Source: Desulfobacteraceae bacterium
GTDB lineage: Bacteria; Desulfobacterota; Desulfobacteria; Desulfobacterales; JAJDOA01
Length of the DNA: 42,226 bases
Direction of reading: 5' to 3'
NCBI GenBank assembly: GCA_022340405.1
Contig: JAJDOA010000273.1
Coordinates: 1 to 42,226 of the forward strand
Within the stretch, counting starts at the first letter, position 1, and every line of letters starts with the position of its first letter. The notes under the pieces are model-generated. The model made no database searches. It saw nothing but the letters and a program-made list of their open reading frames with translations, and was not told where the DNA came from. The translations under genes and the position numbers were made by a program. Shown one piece after another: positions 7,919 to 17,257 of this stretch.

Positions 7919-8713
7919 TCAGGCGTCCCGATTCCCGTCAAAGGATGGTTTTCGTTTATCCAGAAATGCGCCGGTGCCCTCCTTGGCGTCCTCGCTGGCC
8001 ATGCAAAGGGCGAAAGCATCGACTTCCACCGCGCAACCGGTGGCGAGATCCGCATCGGTTCCGGTGTTGACGGCATGCTTGGCCGCACGCAAGGAAACCT
8101 TCCCTTTTTGGGCGATGGATCGGGCCGTCTTTGCCGTTTCGGCAAGCAGTGAATCGGAGGCCAGAACGCGATTGACCAGCCCGATCTCTCTGGCTTCGGA
8201 AGCCGGAATCATCTTTCCCGTAAAGATGAGTTCCTTGGCCATGTTTTTCCCAATCAGTCGGGGCAGCCTCTGGGTTCCCCCGAAGCCGGGTATGATGCCC
8301 AGATTGATTTCCGGAAGGCCGAACTGGGCGTTTTCCGAAGCGTAGACGAAGTCGCAGGCCAGAGCGATTTCACACCCGCCGCCGAGTGCATAGCCGTTGA
8401 CCGCGGCGATCACCGGTATGGGAAGGTCCTGGAGGGCGCCGATGGCCTGGTGGCCGAGCCGGGAAAATTTCCTTGCCTGCAACGGGTTGAAGGTGGCCAG
8501 TTCGGTGATGTCGGCCCCTGCGACGAAAGCCTTGTCTCCGGCCCCGGTGAGAACGAGTACGCGTATGGATTCGTCGTCTTCGATGTCGCGCAGGGCTTGG
8601 GAAAACTCCGCGAGCAGGGCCGCGTTGAGGGCATTGAGGGCCTTGGGACGGTGAAAGGTCAGGGTGGCGACCCCTTGGTCCATGTCGAAAACGAGATGTT
8701 CAAAGTCCTTCAT
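7919..8713 (-). CDS. Enoyl-CoA hydratase/isomerase (crotonase family)
   Basis: ATLTFHRPKALNALN, VLVLTGAGDKAFVAGADI, AAVNGYALGGGCEIALACD and GLPEINLGIIPGFGGTQRL are crotonase-fold signature segments. Confidence 0.9.
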   Translation of the reverse strand: MKDFEHLVFDMDQGVATLTFHRPKALNALNAALLAEFSQALRDIEDDESIRVLVLTGAGDKAFVAGADITELATFNPLQARKFSRLGHQAIGALQDLPIPVIAAVNGYALGGGCEIALACDFVYASENAQFGLPEINLGIIPGFGGTQRLPRLIGKNMAKELIFTGKMIPASEAREIGLVNRVLASDSLLAETAKTARSIAQKGKVSLRAAKHAVNTGTDADLATGCAVEVDAFALCMASEDAKEGTGAFLDKRKPSFDGNRDA

Positions 8714-8819
8714 GGGCTTCCTCCTGTGGGTCAGACTGTGGATGGGCTCCGAACGGGAGCGGTTTCGAGGATCCGCCGGATCCCTTTGGTGGGGTCGCCG
8801 GGGTTTTCCCCGCGGCCTC

Positions 8820-11267
8820 CTATCCCCCCCGGTTGCCTGAGCCGAATGCGGAGTCCGAAAAGGCGGCCGGGTTCGTTTCTTTTATGTACGACACGATCCC
8901 CTCAGCAATGGCGTCCGTCAGGTGGTCCTGGTACTGGGGATTGACCAGCCGTTTGCACTCGCGCGGATTGCTGATGAAGGAAGTTTCCACGAGTATGGCG
9001 GGCATCTGGGCGCCCAACAAAACGTAAAACGGCGCCTGTTTCACGCCTTTGTTTCGGATGCGGCTGTAGCGTTTTTTCAGAAAATCCACCATTCCGCTCT
9101 GCACGTGCCCGGCAAGGCGGCTGGATTCATTGATTTTCGCATTCTTCATCAGATCGGACAAAATGGTCTGCAGATCGCTGATATTCTTGGTGGAGGTGGC
9201 GTTTTCAATGGCGGCCACGCGAATGGCGTCCTCGTCCGTTGCGAGGTTCAGAAAATAGGTTTCGATGCCGTAGGCCTTCCGGCTGCGGGCCGAGTTGGTG
9301 TGTATGGAAATGAACAGATCGGCGTTTTTGGTGTTGGCGATGGCCGTTCTCTCCTCCAAGGTAAGGTATCGGTCCGTGGACCGGGTCATAACCACCTCGC
9401 ACCGCAGCCGTTTTCGCAGCTTCTCGGCCAGAAGTAACCCGATTTCGAGAACAATTTTCTTTTCATGAACTCCCCGAAGGTACCCCGGAGCACCGAAGTC
9501 CTTCCCGCCGTGGCCCGGATCCACAACGATTCGGCTGACCCCAAGAGCCAGCTGCCGGGCCAAGGAGTTCGGGCCGACCGTGCCGTCCTCGGGAATTTCT
9601 GGTGTGAAAATCCGTGCCGGAGAAGGCTCCGACTTCCGCTCCCCCCAGACGTCGATGACGATGCGGAACGGGTTTTTGAGAGAAAAAATCTTGTAGGTTT
9701 CGAAACTTTTGATGTCCACCACCACCCGCACCGAATCCGGCGTGTACTGGCCGGCCCTTGCATCCATGAGCAGGTCATCGTCGATGGGAACCGTTTTCTG
9801 TATGCTGGTGCCCAGATGCGTGCGGTCCAGGTCCACGTACAACCGCTGCGGTTTTCCGAGGGAAAGATCCTTTTTGAGCAGGTGATGGGAAAAATCGGTC
9901 TCCTGGTTTGCGTCGATGACCACCCGGGTGTAGCTCGGATTGGACCAGTACCGTAACCCTTCCACCAGTACCCATTCTCCCGTGGCGGCAGCTCCCGGCT
10001 CTTGCTTTGTGGGTCCAGCCTTCTGGATTACGCTGGCAATGGGATCCGGAGCATCCGTAACCTCTTCCTGCTTTTGCTCTTCGGCCGCCAATTCGGCTTC
10101 TTTCCGGGCGATGCGGCGGGATTCGGGAATGCCTATGGCATCGGCGGCTTGCACACCGTATTCGGTGTCGGGAAAGCGTTTCCAGACCTGCTCGAAACGC
10201 CTCCGGGACTCTTCCAGATCGGCGGGAAGATAGGACTTGCCGTGCAGCTGCCGGTACAGCTCGGCAGACTGGAACAAACTGACCGCCGCCAGCGGACCAT
10301 CCGGATCCCCTTTGTAGGCGGTTTCATAATCCTCGATGCAGTCGAGCCAGAACTCCCGATACTTTTGCTTGCGGGTATTGTCGCGCAGCTTCCGGTAACA
10401 GGTTTCGGCCGCATCGAAACGCTTTTGCACGGCCGGGAGTGCCTTTTCCGCCGGAGATGTCTTTTCTGCCAGAGATGCCTTTTCTGCCGGAGATGCCTTC
10501 GGTGGGGCCTTGGTCTCATCGGGTGCGGCATACGCTCGTTTGGCATAATCGCTTTGGGGGAAATCACGACGCAGCCGATCCAATCGTTTCACCGACTCGC
10601 TGCGGTCGGAGCGCAGATAGGACCGGTCGGCCAGCTCGTCGTACAGCCTGCCGGCCATATAAAGCGCCGCCGGAGCAAAGGGGCCGTCCGGATCGCTTCG
10701 GTGTACCTTGTCGAATCCGTCGATGCACCGCAGCCACTGGTCTCGGTACTGGACCCGCCGCGCATCCGCCTTCAACCGACGGTAGCAGTCTTCCGCTTTT
10801 TCGAAAGCGGATCGAAGCTTGCCGTTGTCTCGGGGCTTGGGCGGGCTCGGGCTGCGGGCACCCAGGGTCTTCAGTTCGTTTCCTGCCCGCTGTTGGTATC
10901 GGCTGTCAGGGTAGCGCTTGACGATGCGTTCGAAAATATCGCGCGCCTCCCGCAGGTCCGCTGCGCGGCCGGAGCGCCGGTAAAGCTCCAGATAGAGCTT
11001 GCCGCTCATGTAAAGCCCGGCTGCCGCCCACGGACCGGTAGGATCGAACCGGTACACCCCCTCGAATTTCCGAATGCACTCCATCCACTGGTCCCGGTAC
11101 TTCTGCCGCCGGGGGTCGTTGCGGAGATCGCGGTAGCAGGCATCCCCCTGCAGATACCGGCTCTTTGCGGATTCGGCCCACGCCGTCGGAACAGGTGTCG
11201 CCTGGACCGATCCGAGGATCAATCCGACGGCTATCATTCTGGTGAGAAGCTTCATCAGGGTGCACAT
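8820..11267 (-). CDS. N-acetylmuramoyl-L-alanine amidase (AmiC-like): signal peptide, three ~110-aa helical repeat modules, AMIN domain, Amidase_3 domain
   Basis: C-terminal IVVDPGHGGKDFGA...ADLFISIHTN...YVL is Amidase_3. VEGLRYWSNPSYTRVVID...RLYVDL is AMIN-like. The N-terminus has a signal sequence; the alternative start MKLL at 11255 is possible. Confidence 0.88.
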   Translation of the reverse strand: MCTLMKLLTRMIAVGLILGSVQATPVPTAWAESAKSRYLQGDACYRDLRNDPRRQKYRDQWMECIRKFEGVYRFDPTGPWAAAGLYMSGKLYLELYRRSGRAADLREARDIFERIVKRYPDSRYQQRAGNELKTLGARSPSPPKPRDNGKLRSAFEKAEDCYRRLKADARRVQYRDQWLRCIDGFDKVHRSDPDGPFAPAALYMAGRLYDELADRSYLRSDRSESVKRLDRLRRDFPQSDYAKRAYAAPDETKAPPKASPAEKASLAEKTSPAEKALPAVQKRFDAAETCYRKLRDNTRKQKYREFWLDCIEDYETAYKGDPDGPLAAVSLFQSAELYRQLHGKSYLPADLEESRRRFEQVWKRFPDTEYGVQAADAIGIPESRRIARKEAELAAEEQKQEEVTDAPDPIASVIQKAGPTKQEPGAAATGEWVLVEGLRYWSNPSYTRVVIDANQETDFSHHLLKKDLSLGKPQRLYVDLDRTHLGTSIQKTVPIDDDLLMDARAGQYTPDSVRVVVDIKSFETYKIFSLKNPFRIVIDVWGERKSEPSPARIFTPEIPEDGTVGPNSLARQLALGVSRIVVDPGHGGKDFGAPGYLRGVHEKKIVLEIGLLLAEKLRKRLRCEVVMTRSTDRYLTLEERTAIANTKNADLFISIHTNSARSRKAYGIETYFLNLATDEDAIRVAAIENATSTKNISDLQTILSDLMKNAKINESSRLAGHVQSGMVDFLKKRYSRIRNKGVKQAPFYVLLGAQMPAILVETSFISNPRECKRLVNPQYQDHLTDAIAEGIVSYIKETNPAAFSDSAFGSGNRGG
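10441..10500. repeat. In-frame 18-bp tandem repeat (about 3.3 copies) inside the amidase linker
   Basis: gccttttccgccggagat / gtcttttctgccagagat / gccttttctgccggagat / gccttc..., encoding (A/T)S(P/L)AEK repeats on the minus strand. Confidence 0.75.
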
Positions 11268-11337
11268 GAATCCGAATCCGGGGTTGCTGCTGATGGATAT
11301 ACCGTTGGTCTCCTCTACAGGATCATGCCCCTTTTCG

Positions 11338-13947
11338 TCAATCGGAACCGGACCGAAGCCGTTTTACCAGATGGTCGAGTAGGTTCAAAGCCTCCAACGG
11401 CGTGAGGGCCGCCGTTTCCACTTTTTCCAATGCCTCCAACACGGCATCGCCCGGAGACCGGAACAGCGTCAACTGCCGGGGATGACGGCCGCCGGCATCG
11501 GGAACCGGAGCGTGCTCCCCTTCCCTGTTCTCCACGTCGAAAAGGATTTTTTTGGCCCGCTCGATGACCGGTCGGGGAATGCCGGCCAGACGCGCCACTT
11601 GAATGCCGTAGCTGCGATTGGTGGCGCCTTCGACGAGTTTGCGAAGAAATATGATCTCTTCGTTCCACTCTTTTACGGCGATGTTGAGGTTTTTCACACG
11701 CTCACGCGTCCGCTCCAGCGCCGTCAACTCGTGATAATGCGTCGCAAAAAGGGTTTTGACGCCCGTGCCGCGGAGATCGTGCAGATATTCGGCTACGGCC
11801 CATGCAATGCTCAGGCCGTCGTACGTGCTCGTTCCCCGGCCGATTTCATCTAGAACCACCAGGCTGCGCGCGGTCGCATTGTGGAGAATGTCGGCGGTTT
11901 CCTGCATTTCCACCATAAAAGTGCTCTGCCCGTGCGACAAATTGTCCAAAGCGCCGACACGGGTAAAAATGCGATCGGTGATGCTGATGGAGGCGCTTCG
12001 AGCCGGTACGAAAGATCCCATCTGCGCCAGGATCACCGTAAGCGCCACCTGCCGCAAAATGGTGGATTTTCCAGCCATGTTGGGACCGGTGATCAGCAGC
12101 ACCTGCTGCTCCATGTCGTCCAGACAAACGCTGTTGGGGACGAACCGCTCCCCAGCGATCATTTTCTCCACAACCGGATGGCGCCCATCCTGAATGTCGA
12201 TGATCCCTTCACTGTGAATTCGCGGCCGACAGTAGTTCTGGGTCTCGGCCACCTCGGCCAAGGAACCAAAACAATCCACGGCAGCCAAATATCGAGCCAA
12301 TTCCTGGAGTTCGGCATTGACAACGGCCACCGACTGCCGGACCCGGTCGAACAGCTCGAATTCCAGCCGGGCCCGCTTCTCCTCCGCGCCGAGCACTTTT
12401 TCTTCGAAGGTTTTCAGTTCCTCAGTGATGTATCGTTCGGCATTGACCAGGGTTTGCTTGCGGATATACGTCTCTGGCACGGCACTCACCTGGCTCTTGG
12501 GCACTTCGATGTAGTAGCCGAACACCTTGTTGAACCGGACTTTCAGTGAAGCAATCCCGGTCACTTCCTTTTCCCGGGCTTCCAGCGACGCCAGCCAGCC
12601 CTTGCCGTCCCTTCCGATATGGATCAACGTATCCAGCTCGGTGTCGTAACCCTCTCGGATCAGGCCGCCTTCCAAGAGGGTCGGAGGCGCGTCTTCCCGG
12701 ATGGATCTTCCGATGAGATCGGCCGTTTTACGAAGCGTGTCCGAATCTCCCTTCCAGTGATACGCTTTCGAGGTGAAACCGGACAGGACGTCCAAAATCT
12801 CCGGCACGTTCAGCAACGATCTTCGAAGGGCGAGGAGATCCCTGGCATTGCCCTGACCCATGGAGATCTTGCTTCCCAACCGCTCCAGGTCGTATACGCC
12901 TTTCAAGGCCTCCCGTACACGCCGAATGGCTGCGATGTCACTTTTGGCTTCGGCCACGGCATCCAGACGAAGATCGATACCCTCGATATCCAGCAACGGA
13001 TATCTCAGCCATCGGGCCAAAAGCCGGCCTCCCATCGCGGTGATCGTTCGGTCCAAAACGGCGATCAGGGTTCCTCTTCGTCCAGCGGAACGCAGATTGC
13101 GCAACAATTCCAGGTTGCGGCAGCTCTGATCGTCCACCACGAGAAACTGATCGAGATAATAGGTTTCCATGCCGGTCACGTGGGCAACGGCCTGTTTCTG
13201 CGTTTCCCCCACGTAAAACAGCAACGCACCGGCAGCGGAAATCCCCTGCTGGAGGTGTGCGCACCCGAATCCCTCCAGACTCAGCGTGTGAAACTGCGCC
13301 AACAGGCGCCGTTTCCCCTCGCCTGGTTCGAAGACTGAATCGTCCAGAAAGGTCAGGGATCGCTCGGCCATGGCATCGTTGATCCCCGTGTGACGCGGTC
13401 CTCCCCTTTCGGACTCCGCCATCAGGATTTCCCGGGGAGAAACCCGAAGAATTTCATCCATCACGAGGGAGGGGTTTTCCGTCTGGCACAAACGGAAGGT
13501 GCCGGTGGAAATGTCGAGATAGGCCAGCCCCACGGTATCTTCGTTTCGGGCATATGCCAGCAGATAATTGTTCTGTCGGGCATCCAGCATCTCGCCGTCC
13601 AGGACCATGCCGGGAGTCACCACCCGGACCACTTCCCGTCGGACCAGACCCTGAGCAGTGGAGGGATCTTCCACCTGATCGCAGACGGCCACCTTGAATC
13701 CTTTCTCAATGAGGCGGGCGATGTATCCCTGCGCCGCCTTATGCGGAACGCCGCACATGGGCACCGGGCTCTCGTCCTTTTTGTTCCTCGACGTCAGCGT
13801 GATTTCCAGGACACGGGAGGCCGTTTCTGCGTCCTCGAAGAACATTTCGTAAAAGTCGCCCATCCGATAGAAAAGAATGGCATCCGGATATCTCTCCTTG
13901 ATGGAGAGATACTGCTGGATCATGGGGGTGACCTTAACGGGACTCAT
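11338..13947 (-). CDS. mutS: DNA mismatch repair protein MutS
   Basis: N-terminal TPMIQQYLSIKERYPDAILFYRMGDFYEMFFEDA, Walker A GPNMAGKST, DEIGRGTSTYDG, FATHYHELT; 869 aa. Confidence 0.95.
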   Translation of the reverse strand: MSPVKVTPMIQQYLSIKERYPDAILFYRMGDFYEMFFEDAETASRVLEITLTSRNKKDESPVPMCGVPHKAAQGYIARLIEKGFKVAVCDQVEDPSTAQGLVRREVVRVVTPGMVLDGEMLDARQNNYLLAYARNEDTVGLAYLDISTGTFRLCQTENPSLVMDEILRVSPREILMAESERGGPRHTGINDAMAERSLTFLDDSVFEPGEGKRRLLAQFHTLSLEGFGCAHLQQGISAAGALLFYVGETQKQAVAHVTGMETYYLDQFLVVDDQSCRNLELLRNLRSAGRRGTLIAVLDRTITAMGGRLLARWLRYPLLDIEGIDLRLDAVAEAKSDIAAIRRVREALKGVYDLERLGSKISMGQGNARDLLALRRSLLNVPEILDVLSGFTSKAYHWKGDSDTLRKTADLIGRSIREDAPPTLLEGGLIREGYDTELDTLIHIGRDGKGWLASLEAREKEVTGIASLKVRFNKVFGYYIEVPKSQVSAVPETYIRKQTLVNAERYITEELKTFEEKVLGAEEKRARLEFELFDRVRQSVAVVNAELQELARYLAAVDCFGSLAEVAETQNYCRPRIHSEGIIDIQDGRHPVVEKMIAGERFVPNSVCLDDMEQQVLLITGPNMAGKSTILRQVALTVILAQMGSFVPARSASISITDRIFTRVGALDNLSHGQSTFMVEMQETADILHNATARSLVVLDEIGRGTSTYDGLSIAWAVAEYLHDLRGTGVKTLFATHYHELTALERTRERVKNLNIAVKEWNEEIIFLRKLVEGATNRSYGIQVARLAGIPRPVIERAKKILFDVENREGEHAPVPDAGGRHPRQLTLFRSPGDAVLEALEKVETAALTPLEALNLLDHLVKRLRSGSD

Positions 13948-14023
13948 GAAAAGGATTGGATGAAAAAACGGAAGCGGTTGGTAAGCTTTGCCATCGACTC
14001 ATGAAATCATCCGAACCGAAGCG

Positions 14024-14446
14024 TCACCCTTCTTGCCGTTCGGTAACGGCCGGTTTGGATTCCTTCGGCTCCGGGGGTTCCTTCGGCCCTGCGGACGGAT
14101 CGAATGTCTCGGAGGGGGCGTTCTGGACAGCCGGTCCCTTCTCCAGTCGACCCTTGAGGGAGGCAATTTCTTCCAATTGGGCGGAGATGGTCGCTTCTTT
14201 GTCCCTGAGGGTCTTGTTGGACTTGAAACGCTCCAACAGACTGAAAAAATAAGCGATCAGCAGTCCAAAAACGAAAAAGGCCACGAATAAAACCGCATTG
14301 GGAACCTGGGGGATGTGATAGGTTTCCAAAAAGGGGATCTGAAAGGTCAAAGAGGGTTTGCTGAGGAAGAAATCTTTGTTCTGATAGAAAAAGAGCCCTA
14401 TGACGGCGAGAAGAAGGATCCAAAGGGTAATCTTGAATTTGCGCAT
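14024..14446 (-). CDS. LapA/DUF1049-like inner-membrane protein with C-terminal coiled-coil tail (tentative family)
   Basis: Two N-terminal TM helices (ITLWILLLAVIGLFF and AVLFVAFFVFGLLIAYFF) are followed by a charged helical segment, LRDKEATISAQLEEIASLKGRLEK. Confidence 0.6.
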   Translation of the reverse strand: MRKFKITLWILLLAVIGLFFYQNKDFFLSKPSLTFQIPFLETYHIPQVPNAVLFVAFFVFGLLIAYFFSLLERFKSNKTLRDKEATISAQLEEIASLKGRLEKGPAVQNAPSETFDPSAGPKEPPEPKESKPAVTERQEG

Positions 14447-14485
14447 GGATGATCTCCGTATTTTTTCCGTAAGATACGGTATCCT

Positions 14486-15283
14486 CTACTCTTTCTGATG
14501 TGAAAACTCAACCCCTTTTTTCTGGAGGGGAACGATTTCCATTCGGCCCCAGACCCCGGCCCTTTCTTCGCAGATGACCAGAGATCCCTGCACGCGCTGG
14601 AGGTTTCGGGCAAAGGCCAGGGCATCGGAGATGTCTTCCGGACCCCGGACCCGGTTGCCGATGGCAGTGGCTGCGGCATCGGCCACTGCGCAGGAATCGG
14701 AAACGACGCAAACGGCGTCGGCGCGGCCGTAGCTCAAGGAATGCCCCACGGTACCGGATGAGGTGCAGACACCCACTGGTTCCCCGCCAGGATCGAAACG
14801 CACTCCCACTCTCATATTGAGCGGAGAGGCTCCGGCAAAAACGGCCACCACGACGGGTCCATCCACTTTCAAGAAGATGTCGCCGCCGTTTTCCACGATG
14901 ATCTCCGGCGATCTGTCCAACAGATCCCGTCCCACCCGCTCCGCAATGGCACCCGCAACGGCGGCCATGGGTCCCGTTCCGGCGATCCGACCGGCTTCGG
15001 CCATGTCTCGCACAACGGCCGCTGCCGGCAGCTCCAACGGCCAGGGCTCGAGCGTTGTACGAAAGGACGGATGTTCCTGTATGAAAGATTCCAGATAGCC
15101 CCTGTGCAGGATCACGCTGTCGCGGGCTTCCGGTTCCAGTGTACGAACAGCCTGCACCCACAGATCGGTTTCGCTGACCGTTACCCGGAAAGGAACCAGC
15201 CCCTTCCGTGAAACCCGCTTGCGATAGCTTCGGTTGCGGTAGTCGGAAGGAGACCGTTGGGATTGTTTTCCGTCTTTGGACAT
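14486..15283 (-). CDS. UPF0280-family (ApbE-like fold) protein
   Basis: TDLWVQA, GTGPMAAVAGAIAE, ENGGDIFL and CTSSGTVGHSLSYGRADAV recall the UPF0280 family found in archaea and deltaproteobacteria. The assignment is from memory. Confidence 0.75.
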   Translation of the reverse strand: MSKDGKQSQRSPSDYRNRSYRKRVSRKGLVPFRVTVSETDLWVQAVRTLEPEARDSVILHRGYLESFIQEHPSFRTTLEPWPLELPAAAVVRDMAEAGRIAGTGPMAAVAGAIAERVGRDLLDRSPEIIVENGGDIFLKVDGPVVVAVFAGASPLNMRVGVRFDPGGEPVGVCTSSGTVGHSLSYGRADAVCVVSDSCAVADAAATAIGNRVRGPEDISDALAFARNLQRVQGSLVICEERAGVWGRMEIVPLQKKGVEFSHQKE

Positions 15284-15296
15284 GGGCGCGTAACCC

Positions 15297-16457
15297 TCAG
15301 CTCAAAATGGGGGCAGGCCGTTCCGATTCGGGAAACTGCCGAAGAAAGTAACGGTCGGTCATCCCTGCAATGAAATCGCGGACCTTTTCTTCGATGCTGT
15401 GATGCTCAAGGTAGCGCTCGCTCTTGTCTTCGAGAAACTGTGAAAAAATAACGGATTCCCTCCGATCCCGGGCCACGTCTTCGCAATAGCGTTGAAACAG
15501 GGTTTCGAACATCCTGCGCAGCCTTCCGGAATAGGGTTTTATTTTCGGATTCAGATAGATGCGCTCCAGATTGAACGCTTTCAGCTTTGCCAGCGCCTCG
15601 GAAACTTCCGGGCCGAACCCGACGAAATCCCTGCCGCGGCTGTTGGCAATGAGGTCTGTGACCAACCGGTGCACGATGGTACCGTTGGTGTTTCCCAGAA
15701 TTTCGACGCAAAACGTCGGAATATCCGAGCGCCGAATGACGTCGAGCCGTATGGCGTCCTCGATGTCGCGACCGATATAGCTTACGGTATCCGCCAGCCG
15801 TACAACACAACCCTCCAGCGTCATGGGTGTCAGACGCAGCGAAGACGCCTTCTTTTTTGCCTCGAGTTCCCATTCCAGCGTCTCGAAGGTCTTGTCGGGC
15901 GTCGGGCGCAGGGTTTGGTCGTGCACTTCACCGTCATGCCCCAGAATGCCGTCCAATGTCTGCAGGCAGAGATTCCAGCCTTTCCCCTTTCGTTCGACAT
16001 GTTCCAGAAATTGGACGCTCTGTACATTGTGGTGAAAATGGCCGATGCCCGACCGGAAACACAGCTCGGACAGAAACCGCTCTCCGTCGTGACCAAAGGG
16101 GGCGTGTCCGATATCATGCCCCAGGGCCACCGCTTCGATGAGATCCTGGTTGAGGCCGAGAAAGCGTCCCACCGTCCGGGCGATTTTGGAAACCAACTGA
16201 ACGTGGAGCACACGGTGGGTGATATGATCGTTTTTTACGAGATAAAATACCTGGGTTTTGTCGATATAGCGGGTGTAGGCTCGGGAATGGAGAATGCGAT
16301 CCGCGTCCACGGCGAAGTGAAACCGGTAGTCGGATGCCAGCAGATGCTCCGGCCTCCGCCGCAGTGCATCGGTGTTGCGCACGGCATGCCCCGAGAGAAA
16401 CCGGGCCTCCGAGTCCTCGAGCTCCTCCCGTATCCGTTGCAGCAGGGATTCGTTCAC
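15297..16457 (-). CDS. HD-domain dGTP triphosphohydrolase-like protein
   Basis: F..D.DRILHSRAYTRYIDKTQVF, THRVLHVQLVSKIAR and GHDIGHAPFGHDGE are dGTPase-family motifs. A GTG start at 16457 overlaps the stop of the upstream ATP-grasp gene (ATGTGAAC). The ORF track extension to 16610 would overlap that gene. Confidence 0.85.
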   Translation of the reverse strand: MNESLLQRIREELEDSEARFLSGHAVRNTDALRRRPEHLLASDYRFHFAVDADRILHSRAYTRYIDKTQVFYLVKNDHITHRVLHVQLVSKIARTVGRFLGLNQDLIEAVALGHDIGHAPFGHDGERFLSELCFRSGIGHFHHNVQSVQFLEHVERKGKGWNLCLQTLDGILGHDGEVHDQTLRPTPDKTFETLEWELEAKKKASSLRLTPMTLEGCVVRLADTVSYIGRDIEDAIRLDVIRRSDIPTFCVEILGNTNGTIVHRLVTDLIANSRGRDFVGFGPEVSEALAKLKAFNLERIYLNPKIKPYSGRLRRMFETLFQRYCEDVARDRRESVIFSQFLEDKSERYLEHHSIEEKVRDFIAGMTDRYFLRQFPESERPAPILS

Positions 16458-17239
16458 ATCAGCCCCTCTTCGATCATTTGTTCCATCATTCGGGTGTAAT
16501 CGATGCCTGCCTGCCGAAATCCCTCTTTGCCGTATTTCATGTTGCCTTCCAGCACGTACCATCGATCCCGGAACGGAAGCAAATCGATGCCAACATCGTC
16601 CCAGCCGCACCGTTCCGCAACGGTCAGTGCCAGCGCCACGGCAGGGTCCGGAACTGGATCGAACCGGATCCGCCCGCCGGCGGACACGTTTGCTCGGAAT
16701 TCACCCTCCGGAGCGATTCGCCAGTACGCGAGCACCGCCCTGCCTCCGATCACCACCACCCGTACGTCTCGATCGCTGGGAAGATATTCCTGGATGTAGG
16801 CCACCGGCGTCAGAGCGCAGTAACGGCGAAGTGCATCCGTGTCTGCGATGCGGAAGACTCCCCGGCCCATGGCGGATCCTCTGGGAATCTTGGCAACGAA
16901 AGGAAAGGAGAAGTGCTCAGCGATGGCCGCTTGCTGACGTCTTCCGTAAAAGACACGCGTGCGGGGGTGCGGTATTTCCAACAACTGGAACAGCGCGCTC
17001 TGTTTGATTTTATCCTGGGCAAAACGGTAAGCACTGCAGCGCGGAAAGGTCCGCTTTCCCATGGCGTCGAAGAGGTCGGCATACAGGCTGCTCGGATAGT
17101 AGATCACCTCTGCATCGCGGATGCGGCGTACCGCGCCGGCGTCATAGTCGGCGAAATTGGGCTTTACGCCCAGCGTCAAGACGTTCCGACACGAACGGAG
17201 CCTGGACTCAAGGGCAACCGCTTTCGGGGAAGAAGCCAT
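16454..17239 (-). CDS. RimK-like ATP-grasp ligase
   Basis: FPFVAKIPRGSAMGRGV, YIQEYLPSDRDVRVVVIG, FRANVSAGG and GIDLL...YVLEGN are typical of the ATP-grasp (RimK/GSH-synthetase-like) fold. Confidence 0.8.
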   Translation of the reverse strand: MASSPKAVALESRLRSCRNVLTLGVKPNFADYDAGAVRRIRDAEVIYYPSSLYADLFDAMGKRTFPRCSAYRFAQDKIKQSALFQLLEIPHPRTRVFYGRRQQAAIAEHFSFPFVAKIPRGSAMGRGVFRIADTDALRRYCALTPVAYIQEYLPSDRDVRVVVIGGRAVLAYWRIAPEGEFRANVSAGGRIRFDPVPDPAVALALTVAERCGWDDVGIDLLPFRDRWYVLEGNMKYGKEGFRQAGIDYTRMMEQMIEEGLM

Positions 17240-17257
17240 AGGGGAATCCGGGCTCCG

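Noticed and set aside
5551-8070. 839-aa plus-strand ORF, the longest in the track, antisense to the gspE-like gene and its neighbours.
   Set aside because: Its composition is low-complexity and rich in Gly, Val, Asp, Leu and Arg, with no recognisable motif. It lies exactly opposite a gene with unambiguous Walker A, His-box and tetracysteine motifs. This is a classic shadow ORF in GC-rich DNA.
7807-8145. N-terminal extensions offered by the track for several genes: 7564..8145, 15297..16610, 24569..26374, 29823..31124, 30701..32062, 1192..1986, 545..1369, 35759..37561 and 18067..20037.
   Set aside because: The extensions overlap the preceding gene or precede the conserved family N-terminus. 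Internal starts give stop/start overlaps (ATGA, GTGA) or good RBS spacing.
8769-8783. Perfect palindrome GGATCCG-C-CGGATCC between the amidase stop and the crotonase start.
   Set aside because: The stem is short (7 bp), there is no U-tract, and it sits in a 106-nt intra-operon spacer. It can be explained by chance or restriction-site-like symmetry. Evidence is insufficient for a terminator or operator call.
10441-10500. The short tandem repeat, checked as a possible CRISPR or minisatellite element.
   Set aside because: The copies are contiguous with no spacers, the unit is 18 bp, and the repeat is in frame inside a well-supported CDS. It is a coding tandem repeat only.
15297-16457. The dGTPase-like HD protein considered as an anti-phage dNTP-depletion defence gene.
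   Set aside because: It is embedded in a same-strand housekeeping or envelope gene block with overlapping neighbours. No other defence-island features are present (no nucleases, methylases, mobile genes or compositional shift). This family is widespread as a housekeeping paralogue.
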